Notes: generated by a model not told the origin, from the letters alone. A DNA stretch of 16,000 nt from Marinobacterium sp. (GCA_048260865.1 JBLXGN010000003.1:87320-103319); one strand, 5' to 3'. Shown: positions 1-9,432, counted from the first letter of the stretch. Program-made: numbers and translations.

Positions 1-1
1 G

Positions 2-1564
2 GCATTGGGCTTTTACACTCAGCTCAATGCGGATCTGCTCAGCGTGGCCGCAACGATAGCGAATCTGAGCCAGGATGCCGAGATCGCTCGTAGTTCAGCC
101 GCTTTCTACTCTTTTCTTCAGGCTAAAGAGCGAGCCGGTATCGAACGCGCGGTGCTAAGTAATGTCTTCGGGAGTGACCAGTTTGGGCCCGGACTGTATC
201 AGCGCTTCATCAATCTGGTTTCAGAGCAGAACACATATCTGAATCAATTCAAGGCACTCGCCACTTCCAGCAGCATTCAGGCCTATCAGGACATGACCGG
301 CTCCAGCGAGTTTCAGGCGGTAGAAAAGCTGCGCAGTATCGCCATGGAGCGTGCCGACAGCGGGCAGTTTGGGGTAAAAGGCACGGAATGGTTTGACCGT
401 GCCACTGACCGCATCAACCTGCTCAAGGCCTTTGAAGACAAACTGGCCTCTCAGTTGATCGGTACCGCCAGCCAGGCCCACGCTCAAGCCCAACGACATG
501 CGTGGCTCAGTCTGGCCGCTCTGCTTGCCACGCTCTTGCTGGTCGGGCTGATTTCCATCTGGATCATCCGTGGATTACACCGTCAGGTTGATGCGCTCTC
601 TCGCACCATGGCCTCGGTGCGCAACGAACATGACCTGACGGTTCGATCAGCCGTAATGTCAAAAGATGAGCTGGGCACTACCGCCGAACACCTGAACCAG
701 ATGCTCGAGCAGTTTGCCAACGCCATGAGCGAAGTATCCCAGGCCAGCAAGCAACTCTATGAAGAGTCGCAAAATACGTCTCGTGTAGTGCTCCAGGCAG
801 AAACCAGCATCAAATTGCAAAGCGACGAAACCATGCAAGTAGCCGCCGCCGTGGAAGAAGTTTCCACGGCTGTACAGGATGTGGCCAACAGCACCGTTAA
901 TGCCTCCGATGCAGCACTGGAAGCTGACCGTTTGGCACAGGATGGCCATGCCAAGGTCACAGCCGCTGCAACAGCGGTCGCCAATCTGGCACATGACAGT
1001 CAGCAATTGTCCGACATGACCGCGCGCCTGAACGAAAGCAGCCAGAAAATCTCTGATGTGACCGATGTCATCAACAGCGTGTCTGAACAGACCAACCTGC
1101 TGGCCCTTAATGCGGCCATCGAAGCCGCTCGTGCCGGTGAACAGGGACGTGGTTTTGCCGTGGTGGCTGATGAGGTACGCACCCTGGCTCAGCGTACTCA
1201 GGCGTCCACATCGGAAATTGATGCCATCATTCGCAAACTGCAGCAGGAAACCCAGCAGGCCAGCGACCTGGTGGCAAGTAATCAGCGTGACATGCTGACG
1301 GCAACCGAACGTGCACGTGAGGTAGAGGAATCTCTGGATGCCATTGTTGCGGCCATTGCCAGCATTACCAACATGTCGACCCAGATAGCCGCTGCAGCCG
1401 AGGAAGAATCAGCCGCCATCAATAACATTGGACAGAATATTACGCGTATCGACACCAGCGCAGAAGCGATCAAGGACAGTGCACACAGTCTGACCTCTCA
1501 CGCCGAACAGCAACTACGATTGGCGGAAGGGCTCAGTAACCTGATTGCACGCTTCAAGATCTGA
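2..1564 (+). CDS. Methyl-accepting chemotaxis protein with NIT-like periplasmic sensor domain, 5'-truncated by the window edge
   Basis: The frame is open from base 2, and the track's M at base 5 is only a TTG. About 165 aa of helical sensor sequence ([23 protein letters not shown]) resembles the NIT nitrate/nitrite-sensing domain. A TM helix follows ([22 protein letters not shown]), then a HAMP-like linker, then the canonical MCP signalling hairpin [38 protein letters not shown]. Stop codon at 1562-1564. Confidence 0.9.
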   Translation, partial: ALGFYTQLNADLLSVAATIANLSQDAEIARSSAAFYSFLQAKERAGIERAVLSNVFGSDQFGPGLYQRFINLVSEQNTYLNQFKALATSSSIQAYQDMTGSSEFQAVEKLRSIAMERADSGQFGVKGTEWFDRATDRINLLKAFEDKLASQLIGTASQAHAQAQRHAWLSLAALLATLLLVGLISIWIIRGLHRQVDALSRTMASVRNEHDLTVRSAVMSKDELGTTAEHLNQMLEQFANAMSEVSQASKQLYEESQNTSRVVLQAETSIKLQSDETMQVAAAVEEVSTAVQDVANSTVNASDAALEADRLAQDGHAKVTAAATAVANLAHDSQQLSDMTARLNESSQKISDVTDVINSVSEQTNLLALNAAIEAARAGEQGRGFAVVADEVRTLAQRTQASTSEIDAIIRKLQQETQQASDLVASNQRDMLTATERAREVEESLDAIVAAIASITNMSTQIAAAAEEESAAINNIGQNITRIDTSAEAIKDSAHSLTSHAEQQLRLAEGLSNLIARFKI

Positions 1565-1583
1565 GCCCCGGTTTGGCTGATTA

Positions 1584-1621
1584 ACGATCCCGGCGACTTA
1601 TACGTGCCGGGATCGTGTTTT
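1584..1621 (+). terminator. Rho-independent terminator candidate for the MCP gene, embedded in the 3' end of convergent ygiQ
   Basis: Perfect 11-bp stem: acgatcccggc (1584-1594) pairs with gccgggatcgt (1606-1616). The loop is 11 nt and is followed by gTTTTgg. It starts 20 nt after the MCP stop. Confidence 0.5.
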
Positions 1622-3868
1622 GGCTTTGCTGTTGCGGCCTTTGGCAGCGGGCTTGGCAGCTCCCTGCTTACGACCTTGTCCACCCGTGCTCCGTGGCGGC
1701 AAGCCTGTATGCTGAGTCAACAACTTACCCTTGGCGGCACGACCGGCCCCGGCACGGCTGGAACTGGGTGAATTTTTGCGTCGCGGGTTCACATGCTGCG
1801 CATCCTCCGGCTGGGTCGCAGGGATCAACTGTTTCTCGCCATCGCCGATCAGATCGGCACGCCCCATCTCGGTAAGTGCTTCACGCAGCAATGGCCAGTT
1901 ATCCGGGTCATGCCAACGCAGAAACGCCTTGTGCAAACGGCGCTGACGCTCCCCTTTTACGGTTTCAACCTTCTCACCGCTCTTCTTGTACGTGAGCTTG
2001 CGCAGCGGGTTGCGACCGGAATGGTACATCGCCGTGGCCGTTGCCATCGGTGAGGGGTAGAACGCCTGTACCTGATCCGCCTTGAAGCCGTTCCGTTTCA
2101 GCCAAAGTGCCAGGTTCATCATGTCTTCGTCGGATGTGCCCGGATGCGCGGCGATAAAGTACGGAATCAGGTACTGATCCTTGCCCGCTTCTTTGGAGAA
2201 CTTCTCGAACATCTTTTTGAAAGCATCATAGGTACCGATGCCCGGCTTCATCATCTTGTCGAGCACACCACGTTCAGTATGCTCAGGTGCGATCTTGAGA
2301 TAGCCACCAACATGATGGGTCACCAGCTCGCGGACGTATTCCGGGTCTTGCACGGCAAGGTCGTAACGCAGGCCCGAGGCAATCAGGATCTTGTTTACAC
2401 CCTTGAGATCACGTGCCTTGCGATAAAGCGAGGTCAGCGAACTGTGATCGGTATTGAGGTTATGACAGATGCCAGGGAACACGCACGAAGGCTTGCGGCA
2501 CGCGGCCTCGATCTCGGGGCTCTTGCACGCCAGACGGTACATATTGGCAGTAGGGCCACCCAGGTCGGAAATGACACCGGTAAAGCCCGGCACCTTGTCA
2601 CGAATTTCTTCGATCTCGTTCAGGATCGACTCGTGAGAGCGGTTCTGAATGATGCGACCTTCATGCTCGGTAATGGAGCAGAAAGTACAGCCGCCGAAGC
2701 AGCCACGCATGATGTTGACCGAGAATCGGATCATTTTGTACGCCGGTATCTCCGCCTTGCCATAGGCCGGATGCGGCACGCGCTGATACGGCAGGCCGAA
2801 GACATGGTCCATCTCCTCGGTCGTCAACGGAATCGGCGGCGGGTTGAGCCAGACTTCCTGGTCGCCATGCAGCTGCACCAGCGCACGGGCGTTACCGGGA
2901 TTGGTTTCCAGATGCAGCACACGGTTGGCATGGGCATAGAGCACCGGGTCTTTGCTGACTTTTTCGAATGACGGCAAACGAATGACCGTCTGGCTGCGAT
3001 CCAGTTTGACGCGTGGCTCGATATGCAGAATCTGCACCTCGTCCTCGGCGTCCATCTCAGCGGTTTCTCCCCCTTCACGACCGTTTTCCAGCTGACAGGC
3101 TTCCAGATCGCGAGTGTTCACATAGGGGTTGATGATCTTGTCGATCTTGCCGGGACGATCGATACGGGTGGAGTCGATCTCCATCCAGTCTTCCGGCGTA
3201 TCCTTGCGCACAAAGGCAGTGCCACGCACGTCGGTGATTTCACTGACCGGTTCGCCACGGGCGATGCGGTGCGCCACTTCAACGATGGCACGCTCGGCAT
3301 TACCGTAGAGCAGCAGATCGGCACGGGCATCCAGCAGAATTGAGCGGCGCACCTTGTCCTGCCAGTAATCGTAATGGGCAATACGACGCAACGAGCCTTC
3401 GATACCACCCAGGATGATCGGCACTTCCTTATAGGCTTCTCGGCAGCGCTGGCTATACACCAGGCTGGCACGGTCCGGTCGGCTGCCCGCTTTACCGCCC
3501 GGTGTATAGGCATCATCGGAACGGATCTTTCGATCTGCCGTGTAGCGGTTGATCATGGAATCCATGTTGCCTGCGGCAACACCGAAAAACAGATTAGGCT
3601 TGCCCAGCGCCTTGAACGGCTCGGCAGAGTTCCAGTCCGGCTGGGCAATAATGCCGACCCGGAAGCCTTGGGACTCCAGCAAACGACCGATAATGGCCAT
3701 GCCGAATGACGGGTGATCCACATAGGCATCACCTGTCACGATGATAATGTCGCAGCTGTCCCAGCCAAGCTGGTCCATCTCCTCCCGGGACATGGGCATA
3801 AAGGGTGCAGGACCAAAACATTCGGCCCAGTATTTGGTGTAATCAAAAATCGGTGTTACTGCTTGCAT
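1598..3868 (-). CDS. ygiQ: YgiQ-family (UPF0313) radical SAM protein
   Basis: The N-terminus [50 protein letters not shown] is near-identical in pattern to E. coli YgiQ. The radical SAM cluster motif is [12 protein letters not shown] place the start at the ATG at 3868 (MQAVTPIF). The track's 23-aa extension to 3937 has no support. The C-terminal tail is Lys/Arg-rich. Confidence 0.9.
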   Translation of the reverse strand: MQAVTPIFDYTKYWAECFGPAPFMPMSREEMDQLGWDSCDIIIVTGDAYVDHPSFGMAIIGRLLESQGFRVGIIAQPDWNSAEPFKALGKPNLFFGVAAGNMDSMINRYTADRKIRSDDAYTPGGKAGSRPDRASLVYSQRCREAYKEVPIILGGIEGSLRRIAHYDYWQDKVRRSILLDARADLLLYGNAERAIVEVAHRIARGEPVSEITDVRGTAFVRKDTPEDWMEIDSTRIDRPGKIDKIINPYVNTRDLEACQLENGREGGETAEMDAEDEVQILHIEPRVKLDRSQTVIRLPSFEKVSKDPVLYAHANRVLHLETNPGNARALVQLHGDQEVWLNPPPIPLTTEEMDHVFGLPYQRVPHPAYGKAEIPAYKMIRFSVNIMRGCFGGCTFCSITEHEGRIIQNRSHESILNEIEEIRDKVPGFTGVISDLGGPTANMYRLACKSPEIEAACRKPSCVFPGICHNLNTDHSSLTSLYRKARDLKGVNKILIASGLRYDLAVQDPEYVRELVTHHVGGYLKIAPEHTERGVLDKMMKPGIGTYDAFKKMFEKFSKEAGKDQYLIPYFIAAHPGTSDEDMMNLALWLKRNGFKADQVQAFYPSPMATATAMYHSGRNPLRKLTYKKSGEKVETVKGERQRRLHKAFLRWHDPDNWPLLREALTEMGRADLIGDGEKQLIPATQPEDAQHVNPRRKNSPSSSRAGAGRAAKGKLLTQHTGLPPRSTGGQGRKQGAAKPAAKGRNSKAKTRSRHV

Positions 3869-3948
3869 GGATATCCCGGAATTGAGGCGCGTGCTAGGCG
3901 CGCGAGTATAGCGCATTTTTTGAACAGTTCCGACCATCCTGCCAACGC

Positions 3949-3974
3949 AAACGGCCCCGCAAGCGGGGCCGTTT
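3949..3974 (-). terminator. Rho-independent terminator downstream of nhaC
   Basis: aaacggccccgc (3949-3960) and gcggggccgttt (3963-3974) are exact reverse complements. This is a GC-rich stem with flanking A and T tracts. It lies 22 nt beyond the nhaC stop on the minus strand and upstream of the ygiQ start. Confidence 0.6.
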
Positions 3975-3995
3975 GGATTCAGGCATCTCGGATAA

Positions 3996-5315
3996 TCAGG
4001 CTGCGGCTTTCGGCGCCGGTTTACCGATTATAATCGAAAGGATTGCCATTGCCGCCAACATCCAGCAATAGTGGATGTTACCCACAATCACCAGTGGTGA
4101 CAGACCGGCAATGGAGCCAGCCAACAGCACCTGAGCGCCGTAAGGCAACATGCCCTGAACCACACAGGAAAAGATATCCATCAAGCTTGCACTTCGACGC
4201 GGATCGACGTCGTAACGCTGGGCCATATCCTTCGCCAGACCACCGGCAATCAGGATCGCAACCGTATTGTTGGCCGTACATACGTTGGTCAAGGCCACAG
4301 CAGCACTGATGCCGAACTCGCCAGAGCGACGGTGCTTCTTGGGGTCATCACTCTGACGCGACAGCTTGTCGATCACGCCTGCCAGCCAGACCAGACCACC
4401 TTGAGATTTCATCAGTGCACCCAGACCACCAATCAGCAGCGAGAGGATCAAAATCTCCTGCATGCCGGTGTAACCGGCATAGATATCCTTGGACCACTGC
4501 GCCAGGGTGTAAGCATCCTGCATGAAGAAGCCCACGCCACCTGCCAGCAAAATGCCTACAAACAGCACCAGCATCACGTTCAAACCGGACAGGGCCAGCA
4601 CCAATACCGCCAGATACGGCAGCACTCGAATCAATTCATAGTCACCGGGCGCTTCTACCTGTGCACTGCTGCCCTGAATGAACAGCCACACCAGTGTCAG
4701 CAGAGCGGCCGGCAGGGCAATTTTGAAGTTGAGGCGGAATTTGTCACGCATCTCACAGCCCTGGGTGCGGGTTGCCGCAATGGTGGTATCGGAGATAATC
4801 GACAGGTTGTCACCGAACATGGCGCCACCGATAACCGTACCGATGGTCAGCAGCAGAGACAGATCGGTCGCCTCAGCCACACCTACCGCAATCGGTGCGA
4901 TAGCCGCAATGGTACCCATGGAGGTCCCCATGGACGTCGCGACAAAAGCGGTAATCACAAACAGACCCGGCAGCACCATAGACGGCGGTATAATACTGAG
5001 ACCCAGGTTAACCGTCGCATCTACACCACCAACGGCCTTGGCAACACTGGCAAAAGCCCCTGCCAGCAGGTAGATCAGCACCATGGTAATGATGGTATTG
5101 TCGCCTACACCGCTGATAAAGGTTTCAATACGCTCATTCAGCTGGCCTTTCTGCAGCATCAGCGCCAGCACAATCGCAGGCAGAATCGCCACCGGAGCGG
5201 AAATTTGATAGAAGGCAAACTCGACTTCAGCTGCCTGATAGTAGAGACCGCTGCCGATAAACAGGGCCAAAAAGAGTCCTAGTGGCAGCAACGCCACGGG
5301 AGAATTTTTTGTCAT
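3996..5315 (-). CDS. nhaC: NhaC-family Na+/H+ antiporter (polytopic membrane transporter)
   Basis: 439 aa and hydrophobic throughout, with roughly 11-12 predicted TM segments. NhaC-like blocks are present: [38 protein letters not shown], and [29 protein letters not shown]. The substrate is not determinable from sequence. Confidence 0.8.
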   Translation of the reverse strand: MTKNSPVALLPLGLFLALFIGSGLYYQAAEVEFAFYQISAPVAILPAIVLALMLQKGQLNERIETFISGVGDNTIITMVLIYLLAGAFASVAKAVGGVDATVNLGLSIIPPSMVLPGLFVITAFVATSMGTSMGTIAAIAPIAVGVAEATDLSLLLTIGTVIGGAMFGDNLSIISDTTIAATRTQGCEMRDKFRLNFKIALPAALLTLVWLFIQGSSAQVEAPGDYELIRVLPYLAVLVLALSGLNVMLVLFVGILLAGGVGFFMQDAYTLAQWSKDIYAGYTGMQEILILSLLIGGLGALMKSQGGLVWLAGVIDKLSRQSDDPKKHRRSGEFGISAAVALTNVCTANNTVAILIAGGLAKDMAQRYDVDPRRSASLMDIFSCVVQGMLPYGAQVLLAGSIAGLSPLVIVGNIHYCWMLAAMAILSIIIGKPAPKAAA

Positions 5316-5496
5316 TCTGGTGTCCGAATTATCGCTGGCCGATCAGGCCAAACACACACCACCGCTTTGCCGGATTGGCCAAGACAGTGAACGGAATCAA
5401 GGAGTTGCGCGCTATATCGAGCAGCTCGACAAGCGTCCATGCGGGATAACGGCGGCTTCATGCGCCGGAAAAGAGGCCTTTTATACACGAATCGCC

Positions 5497-5527
5497 ATAA
5501 AAACTGAAGTCTTTATAACCACTTCAG
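5497..5527 (-). terminator. Weak rho-independent terminator candidate after mtgA
   Basis: On the minus strand, CTGAAGT, a 10-nt loop and ACTTCAG (plus-strand coordinates 5504-5527) are followed by TTTTTAT. The hairpin lies 10 nt after the mtgA stop. The stem is only 7 bp and AT-rich. Confidence 0.4.
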
Positions 5528-5536
5528 CAATATTGC

Positions 5537-6262
5537 TCAATCCAGCTGCTCAATCCAGCCTGGCCCCAACTGCCGCATCTGCTGCCGAATCCAGCGCGCA
5601 CGCTCACGAATATAATCGGTCGGAGGCTGAGCCTGATATACCCAAGGGTTGGGCAAAATGGCAGCCAACCTTGCCGACTGATCTGCACTCATGCGCTCAA
5701 CTGGCCGTTGGTACCAGTATTCACTGGCAGCCCCTACCCCGTAGACACCGGGCGCAAACTCGACAATGTTCAGATAGAGCTCCAGCACCCTTCGCTTGCC
5801 CAAGATACCTTCCAGTAACAGTGCCAGCGGTGCTTCCATTCCTTTTCTGACCCAGTCACGGCCAGGCCAGAGAAACAGATTCTTGGCTGTCTGCTGGGTC
5901 AGGGTGCTTGCCCCACGAAGCCCTCTGCCATCCATCGCTTCCGATACGGCCTGACGCACTGCCTTCAGATCGACACCCTTATGCAGCGGGAAGCGCTGAT
6001 CCTCAGAAGCAACCACCGCAAGCTGCATGCTGACAGGTATCTGCTCCAGATCTACCCAGTGATGACGATATTCATCCGGATAGCCCTCAGGACTGCTCAA
6101 CTCACGCCAGATCATCCATGACCAGACGGGTGGATCTATGACTTTCAAGGACAAAACCAGCAATAACTGCAACACCACCAGTACCAGCACCAGACGCCAA
6201 AGCACCCACCAGATGGGGCGTAGCACGTAGCGAGATAGTTTGGATGGGGATCGACTGGTCAA
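5537..6262 (-). CDS. mtgA: Monofunctional biosynthetic peptidoglycan transglycosylase
   Basis: An N-terminal membrane anchor is followed by GT51 motifs: ASEDQRFPLHKG, RGASTLTQQTAKNLFLW, RKGMEA, and KRRVLELYLNIVEF. The C-terminus QLD matches E. coli MtgA. The start is a TTG at 6262, preceded by gagg. Confidence 0.85.
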   Translation of the reverse strand: MTSRSPSKLSRYVLRPIWWVLWRLVLVLVVLQLLLVLSLKVIDPPVWSWMIWRELSSPEGYPDEYRHHWVDLEQIPVSMQLAVVASEDQRFPLHKGVDLKAVRQAVSEAMDGRGLRGASTLTQQTAKNLFLWPGRDWVRKGMEAPLALLLEGILGKRRVLELYLNIVEFAPGVYGVGAASEYWYQRPVERMSADQSARLAAILPNPWVYQAQPPTDYIRERARWIRQQMRQLGPGWIEQLD

Positions 6263-6309
6263 GGTGCCTCTGTGAATAGTGCTAAAAGATTAGGGATTGT
6301 CAGGAAACT

Positions 6310-6338
6310 TTTACGTTAAGCTCCGGTCACCGTAATAT
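6310..6338 (+). promoter_or_regulatory. Candidate sigma70 promoter for the cop block
   Basis: TTTACG (6310-6315), a 17-bp spacer, then TAATAT (6333-6338). A weak dyad TTACG-N15-CGTAA spans the spacer. No experimental support. Confidence 0.3.
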
Positions 6339-6365
6339 ACTATGCCAACTCCATAAGTGACTGTC

Positions 6366-6701
6366 ATGTTTGCCGTATCCACCAACAGATTGACCGGATT
6401 GCTCAGCGCTCTTGCTCTGATCATGCTGTTGTTGGCACCCATCACGATGTCGGCAAGTTCAGCATCAATGACGGCTGATACCCTGATGGGCAACATGGCC
6501 CATGCACATGAGAGTTCACACACTGAGGACAACAGCTCCTCATGCTGGCAGCAGTGTCTAAATAGCTGCAGCAGCCACTGCACTCCAACCTTAATCAGCA
6601 TACCTCTGGCAAGTCTTGCCGGAGAAACCCTCGTTTATCTGCGACCTGATCTTTACCAGCCCCTGTTCCCCTCCGGACTGCATCGCCCTCCAAAGGTCTG
6701 A
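6366..6701 (+). CDS. Small secreted or membrane-anchored His/Cys-rich protein, putative copper-binding accessory protein
   Basis: ATG at 6366 gives 111 aa. The hydrophobic N-terminal segment is LTGLLSALALIMLLLAPITMSA. A His patch follows (MGNMAHAHESSHTED), then CWQQCLNSCSSHC, which is CX3CX3CX3C. The gene lies 67 nt upstream of copA on the same strand. Caveats: the Shine-Dalgarno sequence is weak and there are several rare codons (tta, ata, cta, aga). Any resemblance to DUF2946/CopL-type proteins is from memory only. Confidence 0.5.
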   Translation: MFAVSTNRLTGLLSALALIMLLLAPITMSASSASMTADTLMGNMAHAHESSHTEDNSSSCWQQCLNSCSSHCTPTLISIPLASLAGETLVYLRPDLYQPLFPSGLHRPPKV

Positions 6702-6768
6702 ATAGCCTTCTTTTCGGCTGCGCCCAGGGTGCAGCCAAGTATTCACATTGCTATTCAGGAGTACCTTC

Positions 6769-8709
6769 ATGAGTAAGGACAACGTTTTGCGTGCGCCCTC
6801 CAGGCGTCGTTTTGTCCAGGGATTGGCCCTGGGTGGTCTGGCTGCCGGGTTTGGATTGAGCAGCCGCTCCCTGCTGGCTGCCAGCGTACCTGCACCTCAG
6901 AGCACACCCGTGCTGTCCGGCACAGAGTTTGATCTCAATATTGGCCACCAGTTGGTCAATTTTACAGGCAAGGAAAAGCTCGCCACGACCGTTAACGGCA
7001 GCCTGCCAGCGCCAATCCTGCGTTGGCGCGAGGGTGATCGCGTGCGTCTTAACGTGAGCAACCATCTGCAAACGGACTCATCCATTCACTGGCACGGACT
7101 GATTCTCCCGACAGAAATGGATGGCGTACCGGGACTGAGTTTTGATGGTATCGCCCCGGGCGAAACCTTCAGCTACGAGTTCGACCTAAAGCAAAGCGGT
7201 ACCTACTGGTATCACAGCCATTCAGGGTTCCAGGAACAAACCGGTCTTTATGGCGCGATCATTATCGACCCTAAAGAGCCGGAACCTTTTGATTATGACC
7301 GTGACCATGTCGTCATCTTGTCTGACTGGAGTGACACACCACCGGATCAGGTGTTTGCCAACCTGAAGAAGATGAGTCACTACTACAACAGGCGTGAACG
7401 CAACCTGACGGACGATCTCATCCCCGAAATCCAGAAGGACGGCCTCGGCGCCACCTTCTCACGCCGCCAGATGTGGGAGAAAATGCGCATGAGTGACCGT
7501 GATATCTCCGATGTCACCGGTTACACCTATACCTTCCTGATGAATGGCCAAACACCAGCCAATGGCTGGACCGGTCTGTTCACGCCGGACGAAAAAATAC
7601 GCCTTCGTGTCATCAACGCCGCTGCCATGACGTTCTTTGACCTGCGCATTCCCGGCCTGAAAATGACGGTCGTCGCCTGTGATGGCCAGTATGTCCAACC
7701 CGTCACCGTGGATGAATTCCGTATCGGGATTGCCGAAACCATCGACGTGATTGTTGAACCCCAGAGCCATCAGGCCTATGCCCTTTTCGCCCAGGCGATC
7801 GACCGCTCCGGCTATGCCTTTGGTCAACTGACACCCGACCTTAGCCTGAAAGCTACACCTCCGCCGATGGACCCCGCCCCCGAGCTAAGCCATATGGACA
7901 TGGGCATGGATATGAGTAGCGGTAGTCATGGTGAACATGGCAGTCATGCCATGCCTGCACAAGATTCACACGCCGGACACGACCTGCATGCTGGTCATGC
8001 GGCCATGTCTCACGACGCCCACCAAAGCATGGCCATGCCGGTGCCTCAATCCCATGATCAACACTCAATGCCTGGCAATGCTCATCAGGCTCACGCGGGC
8101 CACGGCAAGACACAAAGCAGCGGACATGGCATGTCGCATGGCAGCAGCCATTCAATGGAGCCGACCTACAAGGGTCACCCTCTCTCCGCCGGTATGACCG
8201 TCCACAGCGAAACTGAGTACGGCCCCCATGTAGATATGCGTGCCGAGGCTCCGCAATACCGTTTGGATGACCCAGGTGTGGGTCTGCGTAACAACGGACG
8301 CAAAGTACTGACGTATGCGGATCTGCGCAGCTTGTATCCAACGCCTGATACTCGTGAGCCCGGCCGGGAAATTGAGCTGCATTTGACCGGCAACATGAGC
8401 CGCTACATGTGGTCGATCAACGGCATTCGATATGCAGACGCCGAGCCTATCCACCTGAACTACGGTGAGCGCGTGCGCATCACGCTGGTCAACGACACCA
8501 TGATGCCGCACCCGATTCACCTGCATGGCATGTGGAGCGACCTGGAAACCGGTGATGCCACTCACTTGCCCCGCAAGCACACTCTGGTGGTTCAGCCGGG
8601 TGCCAAATTGAGCTATCTGGTCACCGCCGATGCCCGAGGCGAATGGGCGTTTCACTGCCACCTGCTCTACCACATGATGGGCATGTTCCGAAAAGTCGTG
8701 GTCAGCTGA
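6769..8709 (+). CDS. copA: Copper-resistance multicopper oxidase CopA/PcoA, Tat-exported
   Basis: The start is the ATG at 6769, preceded by aggag. The twin-arginine signal is SRRRFVQGLALGGLAAG. The four copper-ligand blocks are HWHGL, WYHSHS, HPIHLHG and HCHLLYHMMGM. A Met/His-rich insert of about 100 aa sits before the C-terminal cupredoxin domain. Confidence 0.92.
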   Translation: MSKDNVLRAPSRRRFVQGLALGGLAAGFGLSSRSLLAASVPAPQSTPVLSGTEFDLNIGHQLVNFTGKEKLATTVNGSLPAPILRWREGDRVRLNVSNHLQTDSSIHWHGLILPTEMDGVPGLSFDGIAPGETFSYEFDLKQSGTYWYHSHSGFQEQTGLYGAIIIDPKEPEPFDYDRDHVVILSDWSDTPPDQVFANLKKMSHYYNRRERNLTDDLIPEIQKDGLGATFSRRQMWEKMRMSDRDISDVTGYTYTFLMNGQTPANGWTGLFTPDEKIRLRVINAAAMTFFDLRIPGLKMTVVACDGQYVQPVTVDEFRIGIAETIDVIVEPQSHQAYALFAQAIDRSGYAFGQLTPDLSLKATPPPMDPAPELSHMDMGMDMSSGSHGEHGSHAMPAQDSHAGHDLHAGHAAMSHDAHQSMAMPVPQSHDQHSMPGNAHQAHAGHGKTQSSGHGMSHGSSHSMEPTYKGHPLSAGMTVHSETEYGPHVDMRAEAPQYRLDDPGVGLRNNGRKVLTYADLRSLYPTPDTREPGREIELHLTGNMSRYMWSINGIRYADAEPIHLNYGERVRITLVNDTMMPHPIHLHGMWSDLETGDATHLPRKHTLVVQPGAKLSYLVTADARGEWAFHCHLLYHMMGMFRKVVVS

Positions 8710-8719
8710 GGAGACACTG

Positions 8720-9421
8720 ATGAATTTGCGAAAAACTATTCCCCTGCTGGCCCTGCTAACGCCAGCACTGACTCAGGCAGCCATGACAGATGACCCTGTG
8801 CTCGGCATGCTCAATGTAAAACAGCTGGAAGCAGCCTACATCGAGGACGATGTCCAGCTGCAATGGAATGTGGAAGGCTGGCTGGGAACGGATTTGCACA
8901 AGCTGGTCCTGACCAGCGAGGGTGCTCGACTGGATGGCCGCACCAGCAGCAATGAGCTGCGCCTGTTTTACCGCCGTGCCATCAGCCCCTATTGGAATAT
9001 GGAGCTGGGCTGGCATCATGAGCCTCTTGCTCTGCAGCGTGATGATCGCGCACTGATCGGTATCAGCGGCACCGCACCCTGGTTTATCGAAACTGAGGCC
9101 ACCCTGCTGGCGGGCCCCGGCAGTGATCTGAGTGCCGAGCTTAGCCTGGAACGCGAACTAAGACTCTCTCGTCAGTGGGTACTGGCTCCGGAAATGGGTC
9201 TAACCGCACATAACTTCAGCGACAGAGCCGAACATCATGGCAGTGGCCTGAGTGACCTTGAGCTGGAGTTGCGCCTGCTGTGGGAAATACGGCCTGACGT
9301 TACCCCTTACGTTGGCGTCAGTTGGGAGCGCAAACTGGGAGATAGCGCAGATCTGGCCCGGGATACCGGACATGACGTCGAAGAAACCCAGTGGCGGCTG
9401 GGGATAAGTTTCTGGTTCTAA
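8720..9421 (+). CDS. copB: Copper resistance protein B, outer-membrane CopB/PcoB family, short form
   Basis: gaggag lies 7 nt upstream of the ATG. The signal peptide ends ALTQA. CopB-like blocks are present: QLEAAYIEDDVQLQWNVEGWLGTDLHKLVLTSEG, LFYRRAISPYWNMELGWHHEP, and a C-terminal aromatic residue (ISFWF). It starts 10 nt after copA. Confidence 0.85.
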   Translation: MNLRKTIPLLALLTPALTQAAMTDDPVLGMLNVKQLEAAYIEDDVQLQWNVEGWLGTDLHKLVLTSEGARLDGRTSSNELRLFYRRAISPYWNMELGWHHEPLALQRDDRALIGISGTAPWFIETEATLLAGPGSDLSAELSLERELRLSRQWVLAPEMGLTAHNFSDRAEHHGSGLSDLELELRLLWEIRPDVTPYVGVSWERKLGDSADLARDTGHDVEETQWRLGISFWF

Positions 9422-9432
9422 CGGAGATCAAG

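Noticed and set aside
2144-2971. A 275-aa plus-strand ORF, with other 80 to 130 aa ORFs between 1615 and 4033.
   Set aside because: All are nested antisense or out of frame within ygiQ, whose own frame shows near-complete similarity to E. coli YgiQ.
3869-3937. Track-extended N-termini of ygiQ (to 3937), copA (from 6748) and the b562-like gene (from 9391).
   Set aside because: The extensions begin at non-ATG codons and lack ribosome-binding sites. In the b562 case the extension overlaps copB. The internal ATGs at 3868, 6769 and 9433 give N-termini that match the family pattern or a proper Tat or Sec signal.
4332-5282. A 316-aa plus-strand ORF, plus the 131-aa ORF at 4678-5073.
   Set aside because: Both lie antisense to the NhaC transporter gene. 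The translation is Gln/His/Arg-rich low-complexity sequence that does not resemble any family.
5535-5559. A direct repeat, gctcaatccagc-t-gctcaatccagc, at the mtgA stop codon. I considered a recent 13-bp duplication that reshaped the C-terminus.
   Set aside because: The encoded C-terminus (EQLD) matches the QLD end of E. coli MtgA, so the reading frame looks ancestral. The repeat is short and has no evident consequence.
5320-5850. A 176-aa plus-strand ORF spanning the nhaC-mtgA intergenic region and the mtgA 3' end.
   Set aside because: More than half of it overlaps mtgA in antisense. It has no Shine-Dalgarno sequence and no motifs. The region is better explained as the nhaC promoter and leader plus the mtgA terminator.
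6263-6365. A search for a CueR/MerR-type operator (long-spacer promoter with a GC-rich dyad) or a CopR/CusR box upstream of the cop block.
   Set aside because: Only a 5-bp dyad, TTACG-N15-CGTAA, is present. That is too short and wrongly spaced for me to call a regulator site from sequence alone.
6311-6601. A 96-aa minus-strand ORF opposite the Cys-ladder ORF, considered as the alternative real gene.
   Set aside because: It has no signal peptide, no motif and no operon partner, and it would point into the mtgA promoter region. The plus-strand ORF has a coherent leader, His patch and Cys ladder and is co-oriented with copA. This call still rests on limited evidence.
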